Positions 1-7,246 of a stretch of DNA of 51,901 nucleotides are shown here, one piece after another (positions within the stretch are counted from its first letter, which is position 1; the number at the start of each line of letters is the position of its first letter). The DNA comes from a virus. Both the position numbers and the translations under genes were made by a program. The stretch lies in the IMG/VR virus record IMGVR_UViG_3300009658_000001. The stretch is one strand, 5' to 3'. The notes under the pieces were generated by a model, which ran no database searches, was not told where the DNA came from, and worked only from the letters and a program-made list of their open reading frames with translations.

Positions 1-123
1 GGACTTTACGTCCCAAGCTGGCTACATCGACGATCTGATCTGCTACACGGAGTAATCGTGCCAGTTTATCGCACTCCCAAGCGCGGCGTCACTTACTCGG
101 AGGCACTCGCTTCCGCGTACGCC
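1..123. repeat. Terminal direct repeat, copy 1, identical to 51779..51901. Circular-assembly overlap or terminal redundancy. Bases 1..55 duplicate the 3' end of CDS 50844..51833.
   Basis: ggactttacgtcccaagctgg...cgcttccgcgtacgcc was read at both ends of the window. Confidence 0.95.
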
Positions 124-624
124 TCTGCACCTGAAGACGAAGTAGTACTGGACACGCTCGAGTTCCGCCACCCATCTTTCGTTGACGCCGGTCAACCGTT
201 CGCGATCCGTGTTGTGAACGATCACTCTGACCTCGTCGCCACTTTGGAGGACGACGCGCCGCTGAACGACGGTGAAACTGTGACGTTCAAGTCCGTGTAC
301 TTCACGTTCACGCGCCCTCCGGAGTCAGATAGTGGTAGTACGCCCGAGGTCGAGATCAGTGTCAACAACGTCGCGCGCCACCTCATGCCGTATTTGGACG
401 TGGCGAAGGAGAGCCGGGTGCCCATCGAGGTCACATGGAGGCCGTACCTCGCCAGCGATCTGTCGGCGCCTCACATGAACCCCCCGCTCACGCTTACACT
501 GCGCAGTATTTCGTGTGACATGATGAACGTGACGGCGCGCGCGGGATTCAGTGACCTGACGAATCGGAGGTTCCCTGCCATCGAGTACACTTCGCTCAAA
601 TTTCCAGGGTTGGCCGCGCGATGA
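58..624 (+). CDS. Minor tail protein, DUF1833-like, in the lambda gpL position
   Basis: 188-aa ORF with a GTG start 2 nt after the upstream stop. It sits directly upstream of the NlpC/P60 and J-like genes, and the N-terminal pattern LDTLEFRHPSF is typical of DUF1833 tail proteins. Confidence 0.6.
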   Translation: MPVYRTPKRGVTYSEALASAYASAPEDEVVLDTLEFRHPSFVDAGQPFAIRVVNDHSDLVATLEDDAPLNDGETVTFKSVYFTFTRPPESDSGSTPEVEISVNNVARHLMPYLDVAKESRVPIEVTWRPYLASDLSAPHMNPPLTLTLRSISCDMMNVTARAGFSDLTNRRFPAIEYTSLKFPGLAAR

Positions 625-1022
625 GTCACTGGGCCGCAGACTACATCGGACTCCCTTGGGAGTACGGCAAAGAGGGCCCGGAGGCCTTCGACTGCTGGGG
701 CTTCGTGCGCGCCGTGCAGCGCGATCGCTTCGGCGTCGACATGCCGGCGGTGCCCGCGCCGGAGTCCTGGGCGCACGCTCATGCACTGATCGAGCAGCAC
801 GATGAGCGGCGCAACTGGGAGAGGGTGCGAGAGCCTCGCGAGGGCGACCTCGTGCTGATGGCGCGCAACCGATTGCCGGTCCACATTGGCGTCCTGATTG
901 AGGCGAACGGCAAGCTGGGCGTCCTCCACTGCGTCCAGCCGAGCGGCGTCGTGTTCAACACGGTGCAGAGCCTAGCCTCGTGCGGTTGGGGCGCGCTGAC
1001 GTACTACCGGAGAGTGGCGTGA
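621..1022 (+). CDS. Tail-associated NlpC/P60 peptidase, lambda gpK-like
   Basis: ATGA overlap with the upstream gene. It has the Cys motif FDCWGFV and a downstream His (PVHIGV) typical of NlpC/P60. Confidence 0.75.
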   Translation: MSHWAADYIGLPWEYGKEGPEAFDCWGFVRAVQRDRFGVDMPAVPAPESWAHAHALIEQHDERRNWERVREPREGDLVLMARNRLPVHIGVLIEANGKLGVLHCVQPSGVVFNTVQSLASCGWGALTYYRRVA

Positions 1023-3496
1023 CTGAGCTGATTGCCCAGACTGTGCGCAAGCGCCGTCCGACCCAACGGTGGCAGCCTGGAGCACCGAGTAAAGAGATAA
1101 TGGGCGTCGGCGCGGTCGTAGTGCACGCCTACAACCCGCTCGACGCGTCGCAGCGCATCACGTTCCGTGCGCGACAAGGGCTGTCTCTGGACCAGCTCAA
1201 GCCCGTCACAACGCTCCCGACCGTCTGTCAACTGAACGGCGAATACGTGCTGGCGGAGGACTGGCCGTTCATCGAACCAGAGGTCGACGATGTTGCGGTG
1301 TTCTTGACATTGCCAAAGGGCGGTGGGAACGGCTCGCTGCAGACGGTCCTCGGCATCGTACTGATCATCGTCGGCGTGGTCGTGCCGGGCGCGCAAGCCC
1401 TGATCTACGTGGGAGCGGCGCTCCTCCTGTCTGGACTGTTGCCTGCGCCGAGCTTCGCGCCGCTTGTCAACAACCAGGGCGAGTCACCGTCCCCCACCTA
1501 CAACGTCCAGCTACAGGGCAATTCGGCTCGTCTCGGTCAGGCGATGCCGGTGCTGTACGGGCGACACTTCCTGACACCGGACTTCGCTGCTCCTCCGTAC
1601 AACATCTTCACCGACGGCGACGATCAGCTCTACCACGCACTGCTGTGCATCGGCGTGATGGACCGGTTCACCCTTGAATCCGTCATGATCGACGACACCG
1701 CGCTGGACCACTTCATCGGGGTGTCTACGCAGCTGATCGGTCCGCAGTACGGGGGCGCGACGCTCTCGCTGGCGGACCCCGCTGTGATCAACGCGCCGGA
1801 GGTCGCCGGTCAGGAGTTGTTGCAGGGTGTGATCGTCGGGCCGTTCGCAGCCAACGGCCCTGGACTGCGCGCGGTGAAAATCGGCATCGACGTCGTGTGG
1901 CCGAAGGGGCTCTACTTCGCCAACGATTCCGGCACGCTCACCGCGAAAAGCTGTCAATGGATGTTCGAGGCGCGGAAGATTGCGAACTCCGGCGCGGCCG
2001 CAGGGTCATGGTTCCTGCTCGGCGTTGAGACGATCTCGCTTGCTCAGAACAGCCCGGTCCGCCGCAGCTACCACTACAACGTGCCGGCTGGCAGGTACGA
2101 GGTGCGCGGACAGCGCCTGGACGCGCGCGACGACAATGCGCGCGCCGGGCATGATATGACGTGGGCCGGTCTACGGACGTACCTCGACACGGCGACGCCG
2201 CTCGAGCCGCACGCGAACTTCCTCGCTATCCGCATGCAGGCGAACGCGCAGCTGAGCGGCCTCTCACAGCGGCGCGTCGGCGTGATCCTTCGTCGGTGGC
2301 TGCCCACGTGGCACCCTGACACCGGGTGGAGCGCGCCGGTGGAGACGCGAAGCATCGCGTGGGCGTTGGCCGACGTGCTGCGCAACCCGGTGTACGGTCC
2401 GACTGTACCGGACAGTCGCATCGACCTGCAAACGCTCTACGAATTGGACCAGGAGTGGTCGGCGAGGGGTGATACCTTCAACGGAGTATTCGACAAGCGC
2501 ATCACCGTGTGGTCGGCCCTGACTACGATTGCCCGCTGCGGACGCGCTCGCCCTGTGATGCGGGGGAGCGTGTTTACATTCGTTCGGGACAGCCAACAGA
2601 CACTGCCTGTTGCGATGTTCAACACTCGAAACATCAAGCGCGGGTCGTTTCAGATCGACTACGACACCGTCACCGAGGACACCCCCGACGGTCTCGAACT
2701 GGAGTTCTTCGACGAGGCCACGTGGTCGTCCAACTACGTGCTCCTGCCGATGCCCGGCGTGGTGGGCGAGCCGGTGTCCCCGGCGCGCGCATCCATCCAG
2801 GGCGTCACTGTGTTGAAGCAGGCTCAGCGCGAGTGCGCGTACATGGTGGCGGACGCGGGCTACCGGCGCAGCAGGGTCAACTTCAGCACCGAGATGGAGG
2901 GCTTCCTTCCCGCGCTCGGTGACCTGATTGCTGTGGCACACGACGTCGCCGGTTGGGGCAGTGGTGGCGAGGTCACTGCGTGGAATGGCACGACCGCGCA
3001 GTGCAGCGAGCGGCTGGACTGGAGCGTCGGCGCGAACTACGCGATCCTCACCGACGAGGAGGGCGACGTGCACGGTCCGTATCTCGTCACGCCCGGTACG
3101 AGACAGAACTCGATGAGGTTCGTGGAGTCGCCCCCGTCGGGGTTGATGTACGTTGGCACGGAGCGCGAGCGCACCCGCTACGCCATGGGGCCTGCCAGCA
3201 GCTACGCCAAGTTCTGCCGAGTGACCTCGCTGACGCCGTCGAGCGACGACACGGTGCAGATCAGGGCCGTCGTCGAGGACGCCCGCGTACACACCGCGGA
3301 CCTCCCGTACGCGGGTGGGGGCGGGCCTGGCGGAGGTTCGGGCGGCTCGAGGATCGCGCGCTACGCCCCGACGGGCATCCCCAAGTACGACGCCGCCAGT
3401 GACGCGCAGCGGAACGCGTACGGCTTTTTCAGCGACCCCGACCGCACTGTCGGCTCGACGGACGATCCCGGCTACGTCTACGCCGACGGTTTGTGA
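1019..3496 (+). CDS. Central tail fibre / host-specificity protein (gpJ-like) fused to an N-terminal gpI-like segment
   Basis: GTGA overlap start at 1019 (the ORF track gives 980). The Gly-rich hydrophobic stretch GGGNGSLQTVLGIVLIIVGVVVPGAQALIYVGAALLLSGLLPAP resembles the lambda gpI C-terminus and is followed by a J-like region (PVLYGRH...). Confidence 0.8.
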   Translation: MTELIAQTVRKRRPTQRWQPGAPSKEIMGVGAVVVHAYNPLDASQRITFRARQGLSLDQLKPVTTLPTVCQLNGEYVLAEDWPFIEPEVDDVAVFLTLPKGGGNGSLQTVLGIVLIIVGVVVPGAQALIYVGAALLLSGLLPAPSFAPLVNNQGESPSPTYNVQLQGNSARLGQAMPVLYGRHFLTPDFAAPPYNIFTDGDDQLYHALLCIGVMDRFTLESVMIDDTALDHFIGVSTQLIGPQYGGATLSLADPAVINAPEVAGQELLQGVIVGPFAANGPGLRAVKIGIDVVWPKGLYFANDSGTLTAKSCQWMFEARKIANSGAAAGSWFLLGVETISLAQNSPVRRSYHYNVPAGRYEVRGQRLDARDDNARAGHDMTWAGLRTYLDTATPLEPHANFLAIRMQANAQLSGLSQRRVGVILRRWLPTWHPDTGWSAPVETRSIAWALADVLRNPVYGPTVPDSRIDLQTLYELDQEWSARGDTFNGVFDKRITVWSALTTIARCGRARPVMRGSVFTFVRDSQQTLPVAMFNTRNIKRGSFQIDYDTVTEDTPDGLELEFFDEATWSSNYVLLPMPGVVGEPVSPARASIQGVTVLKQAQRECAYMVADAGYRRSRVNFSTEMEGFLPALGDLIAVAHDVAGWGSGGEVTAWNGTTAQCSERLDWSVGANYAILTDEEGDVHGPYLVTPGTRQNSMRFVESPPSGLMYVGTERERTRYAMGPASSYAKFCRVTSLTPSSDDTVQIRAVVEDARVHTADLPYAGGGGPGGGSGGSRIARYAPTGIPKYDAASDAQRNAYGFFSDPDRTVGSTDDPGYVYADGL

Positions 3497-3505
3497 GGAA
3501 CGAGT

Positions 3506-4045
3506 ATGACGATTTCATCTGTTGCGGTCGACGACCCTGTCGAGGCACCCACGGTCAACCAGTTGATCGACAACGTCAACGCGTCGCCGGGGCGCGCGAT
3601 TCTCACGTCGAACGGAAATTGGAGTGTCCCGAGCGGCGTGCACAAGTTCAAGGTGACTCTCTGTGGCGGTGGGAGCGGCGCACAACCCGACCAAGTCGGG
3701 GGCGGCGGCGAGGACAGCTACATCATTCCGGGCCTGCCTGGCACCAGTTCGCACATGATCAGTGCGTGCTTCGCCGGAATCGACGTCGGCACGACCTACG
3801 TCGTCACGGTCGGAGCCGCCGGTGCAGCGAGTCAGGGCACGGGCGGCACGACGTCGTTCGGCACCTCGCTGGTGAGTCCGGGCGCGGCCTATGGCAATAA
3901 GGGCAGTGTGTCGAGCGGGGGCGGCGCGGCCCAGCTCCTGTACTACGACCACGTCTACCTCAGCAGCGCAGGGTGGCGGTACGGTGACGGCGGCGCCGGT
4001 TCGGGCGCCGCGGGACGCGCTGGCATCTGTGTAATCGAGTGGTGA
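3506..4045 (+). CDS. Glycine-rich tail-fibre-like protein
   Basis: 179-aa ORF with KFKVTLCGGGSG and multiple Gly-rich blocks, located after the J-like gene. Confidence 0.5.
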   Translation: MTISSVAVDDPVEAPTVNQLIDNVNASPGRAILTSNGNWSVPSGVHKFKVTLCGGGSGAQPDQVGGGGEDSYIIPGLPGTSSHMISACFAGIDVGTTYVVTVGAAGAASQGTGGTTSFGTSLVSPGAAYGNKGSVSSGGGAAQLLYYDHVYLSSAGWRYGDGGAGSGAAGRAGICVIEW

Positions 4046-4061
4046 ACAAAGGAGAACGGCT

Positions 4062-4517
4062 ATGCCGGGCATGACCAATTACCTTCGCAACAAGGTCGTC
4101 GACTGGATGCATCGCGGGCAGAGTTTCAGCCCGCCTGCGAACACGTACGTGCGACTGTGTAGCACGGCGCCGAGCGCGGCCGCGGCCGGCACCGAGCTGA
4201 CCGGTACGGGCTACGCGGCCGTCGCGATCGCGAGCACGACGACGGCGTGGGCGGCGACCAACGCCGACGGCAGCACGACGAACCCGAGCTCTGGTACGAA
4301 CGGCACGACGTCCAACAACGCCGTCGTCGACTTTGGCACGGCCGGCAGTTCGTGGGGCACAGCCTCTCACTGGGAACTGTGGGACGCGGCGACGAGCGGC
4401 AACCGCCTGTTCTACGGCGAGATCGTCGACGGCGGCGGCACGCCCGCTCCGCGGAGCATCGCGAGCGGCGACCCTGTGTCGTTCCCGATCAGCGCACTGC
4501 GCATCATCTGGGCGTGA
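4062..4517 (+). CDS. Conserved phage fibre-region protein
   Basis: 151-aa ORF with an RBS (ggagaa). The pattern N-terminal YLRNKVVDW...YVRLCS...ELTGTGYA...WELWDA..GN is recurrent in phage tail-fibre loci. Confidence 0.4.
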   Translation: MPGMTNYLRNKVVDWMHRGQSFSPPANTYVRLCSTAPSAAAAGTELTGTGYAAVAIASTTTAWAATNADGSTTNPSSGTNGTTSNNAVVDFGTAGSSWGTASHWELWDAATSGNRLFYGEIVDGGGTPAPRSIASGDPVSFPISALRIIWA

Positions 4518-4526
4518 GGGGGCAAC

Positions 4527-5045
4527 ATGAGCGGCGACACCCTCTTCATCAAGCGCAACCGACCTGTTACGGCGCTCATCGAAGCGTCTTACACTCGACC
4601 TGCGGACACCGCAACTTACGCGGCCGGCGACGTCATCGCAAACAGCACCAGCGCCGCGACCATCCTCACCTTTACTGGTGTTGCACGTGAGCCCGGCCTC
4701 GGTGGCATTATTCAGAGCGCCGTGCTGGTGGATAGCGCCGCGCAGACGCTGAAGGGTGACTTCGAGCTGTACCTGTTCGACACGGCGCCCGCCATGCAGA
4801 ACGACAACGCTGCGTGGAACCCGAGCGACAGTGAAGTGACCAAGAGCCTCGGTCGCGTGAGGTTCCCGCCCGGCCTGTTCAACGTCTGCGGCGCGAACGG
4901 TGTCGTGGACGTCGACTCGCTCGGCAAGCCGTTCAAGTGCGCGAGCGGCACGCGCAACATCTTTGGCATCCTGGTCGTGCGCAATGCTTACGTGCCCATC
5001 AGCGGCGAGGTTTTCACGATCCGGCTGTTCGTGATCCAGGACTGA
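4527..5045 (+). CDS. Hypothetical virion/tail-fibre-module protein
   Basis: 172-aa ORF with an RBS (gaggggg). The call rests on position only. Confidence 0.35.
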   Translation: MSGDTLFIKRNRPVTALIEASYTRPADTATYAAGDVIANSTSAATILTFTGVAREPGLGGIIQSAVLVDSAAQTLKGDFELYLFDTAPAMQNDNAAWNPSDSEVTKSLGRVRFPPGLFNVCGANGVVDVDSLGKPFKCASGTRNIFGILVVRNAYVPISGEVFTIRLFVIQD

Positions 5046-5049
5046 CGGC

Positions 5050-5865
5050 ATGAGGCACTCTCGTCGCATGATGGCAGTCAGCCGGCAGCAGCCGCTGACG
5101 CTCAAACATGCGTGGTGGAGCATGGAGGAGCTCGAGAACGGCGTGCACGTGAGAAACCGTGCGGGCGGCGAGCCGATGATCGTCGTCAACCCGAGCAGTG
5201 TTTGGAGCTTCATCTCGAGCGGCATCGTCGGCAATCGAATCAGTAAGTCGGCGCAGACCGTCGGCAACTTCGTGTACACCGAGGACCGCCTCACGAATCT
5301 GGACTTTCTCGAACACGTCTGCGTGTTCGCGTTTATCTGGCCAGAGAGCACCGATCTCAACAGCGACAGCTACACGCAGTCCATAATCGGACAGCCTGCG
5401 TGGCTGGTAGGCGAGGCCGGGTTCAATCTGTCCGTCTACAACGCGAACAGTTCCGCCTCATGCCAGAACGGTCGCGGCGGCAACAGCAGTTTATCGAACT
5501 TCGCCGTCATGGGCGCGATCGGCGCGCTCAAGCTCTACGTGTGGCAGTTCAACGCGGCCGACGGCAAGGTGTCCGCCTCGCTGAACGGGGCCTCGCAGTC
5601 GGTCGCGAGCACGGGCATGCCATTCGGTCCCGTGACGAACCTCGGCGCGCGGTTCAACCTCGGCAACTACGTCCGTCGAACCGTCACGAACCCAGACGTC
5701 ACGAACCCCGCCAACCGCAACCTTCGCGGTAAGTGGGACGAGGTCTGTTATATGAAGGGGAAACTGCTCACGAACGCAGACATCACGTGGTTGTACAACA
5801 GTGCAGCGGGGCGGTCGTACGAGGACGCCGTTGATTACGGCCTCTTTCGCGGTGGTACTGCGTGA
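5050..5865 (+). CDS. LamG/concanavalin-like domain protein (putative receptor-binding accessory protein)
   Basis: 271-aa ORF whose C-terminal KGKLLTNADITWLYNSAAGRSY resembles LamG-type lectin-fold proteins. The start codon is uncertain. Confidence 0.4.
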   Translation: MRHSRRMMAVSRQQPLTLKHAWWSMEELENGVHVRNRAGGEPMIVVNPSSVWSFISSGIVGNRISKSAQTVGNFVYTEDRLTNLDFLEHVCVFAFIWPESTDLNSDSYTQSIIGQPAWLVGEAGFNLSVYNANSSASCQNGRGGNSSLSNFAVMGAIGALKLYVWQFNAADGKVSASLNGASQSVASTGMPFGPVTNLGARFNLGNYVRRTVTNPDVTNPANRNLRGKWDEVCYMKGKLLTNADITWLYNSAAGRSYEDAVDYGLFRGGTA

Positions 5866-6404
5866 GGCCCTTCGTTCGACTGTCCGGCGAGTTCCTCCCG
5901 TCGGAGGCGCGGCGCACTCTCCTGAACCGTGTTCGGAGTCGTCACTTCGTCGACGTGGTCGACCATATATCAACGAGCGGCGCGCCGGACGGCCTGTCGT
6001 TCCTGCCGACGGCCACCGTCGAGCGACTGATCCCTGAAGCACTGAACAAGCTGCGCCGCACGTGCCCGCTGCCGTTCACTCCGCACGTCTTCGTCTTCCG
6101 CCCGGGCGCGTCCATCGCGCCTCACGTCGACGGTCGAAGCGTGCGACAGTGCGCGATCGCGGTTCCGCTCTGGCCACACGACCACGAGTACACGCCCACT
6201 CTGTTCTGGCGAGACGGTTTCGTCACTGATCAACTGCGCTACGGCGATCTGCCTGCGCTGATGAACCTGCAAGCGCTTCACAGTGTCGGCGCCAGTCAGT
6301 GTCACCGCGTGAACTTCCAACTGTCGTTCGCGACGCCGTACGACGAGGCGAGGGTCGCGCTCGAACCGTGGCACCCAACTTTCGGAGAAGACTTGTGCGA
6401 GTGA
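5862..6404 (+). CDS. Asp/Asn beta-hydroxylase-like 2OG-Fe(II) cupin oxygenase
   Basis: GTGA overlap start. It has an HxD...H facial triad (APHVDGR ... LQALHSV) and a downstream Arg (HRVNFQLSF), as in the Asp_Arg_Hydrox family. Confidence 0.55.
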   Translation: MRPFVRLSGEFLPSEARRTLLNRVRSRHFVDVVDHISTSGAPDGLSFLPTATVERLIPEALNKLRRTCPLPFTPHVFVFRPGASIAPHVDGRSVRQCAIAVPLWPHDHEYTPTLFWRDGFVTDQLRYGDLPALMNLQALHSVGASQCHRVNFQLSFATPYDEARVALEPWHPTFGEDLCE

Positions 6405-7084
6405 TGTTCATGTGGAGCGGCGGCGTCGAGAGCACCGCGACGATCAAGCACCGCCTCGAAACGACGGACGACGAGATCTTCGTGCACTACATCCGCCACA
6501 ACAGCCGTGAGGGGCGGCTCATGCACGAGAACCGGGCCGTCGCTGACTTGCTGCCGCGCCTCAACGCAATCCGTCCGGTTCGCTACAGTGAGAGCGCGCT
6601 CGAACTGATCGGAGGTCAAGGGCTCGCTTGGGACTTCCAGGTGATGTACCCGATCGCGCTCGTCGCCATGCGGCACTTCAAGTGCGAGCAGGTCAATCGC
6701 GGTCTCTGCCTTGAGGACAACTGGCACCGGCAGCAAGGCATGCCGCCCCTGCGCAACCCGTTCGGCGGCGGGTTGCACCGTCACCACACGCTCCGCAAAG
6801 CTCTCGCGCACATGCTCCAAGGAAGCGAGACGCTCGACTCGATCGCGCCGATGATTCCGGAGTATGAGTGGCCCAAGGCGCAGCACTGGCAAGTGCTCGG
6901 CGACCTGGCACCGCTCACGTGGAGCTGCAGACGGCCTCTGCCGGGAGGTCAGGAGTGCGGGAGGTGCCACTCCTGCACCGACCGGGCGGCAGCGAAGCGC
7001 GGGACGAGCGACATCGCCGAGGTGCGCGAGCTCTTGGAGCGATGTGGCGCGCGTCCGGACCTCCCGGCAACTTCGTCAATGTAA
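6404..7084 (+). CDS. QueC-like PP-loop ATPase (adenine nucleotide alpha-hydrolase) with a C-terminal Cys4 cluster
   Basis: TGATG overlap start. It has the PP-loop WSGGVES, and the C-terminal WSCRRPLPGGQECGRCHSCTDR resembles the QueC zinc site. Confidence 0.65.
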   Translation: MFMWSGGVESTATIKHRLETTDDEIFVHYIRHNSREGRLMHENRAVADLLPRLNAIRPVRYSESALELIGGQGLAWDFQVMYPIALVAMRHFKCEQVNRGLCLEDNWHRQQGMPPLRNPFGGGLHRHHTLRKALAHMLQGSETLDSIAPMIPEYEWPKAQHWQVLGDLAPLTWSCRRPLPGGQECGRCHSCTDRAAAKRGTSDIAEVRELLERCGARPDLPATSSM

Positions 7085-7108
7085 GTACATAGTAGCGGCT
7101 CCCGGACG
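7053..7108 (+). repeat. GGCTCCCGGACG element, copy A, overlapping the 3' end of the QueC-like CDS
   Basis: GTCCGGACCTCCCGGCAACTTCGTCAATGTAAGTACATAGTAGCGGCTCCCGGACG, near-colinear with copy E. Confidence 0.7.
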
Positions 7109-7140
7109 GTCCGGACCCCCTTCGTCCGGCGTGGACTCTT

Positions 7141-7179
7141 ATCAAAGTGGTGTACGAGATGTGTAGTTCGTAGTACAAT
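7141..7179 (+). promoter_or_regulatory. Sigma70-like promoter, class I
   Basis: atcaaag, then TGTACG (7151-7156), a 17-nt spacer, then TACAAT (7174-7179). Upstream of the primase gene. Confidence 0.6.
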
Positions 7180-7246
7180 AGTATTTCGGTCGCTCGACCG
7201 AGTGCGCGATCAGGGCCTAAGAACCCTCGACGATGGAGTCTGCGAT

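Noticed and set aside
3296-3345. The Gly-rich run (GGGGPGGGSGGS) near the C-terminus of the J-like protein considered as a repeat element or a diversity-generating target.
   Set aside because: It is a short low-complexity linker. There is no template repeat and no reverse transcriptase anywhere in the genome.
6404-7084. The QueC-like gene taken as evidence for 7-deazaguanine (preQ0/archaeosine-type) DNA modification.
   Set aside because: The genome is complete, and I could not find FolE, QueD, QueE or a DpdA/TGT-like transglycosylase. The classical pathway is therefore not supported, and the gene is reported as an orphan enzyme instead.
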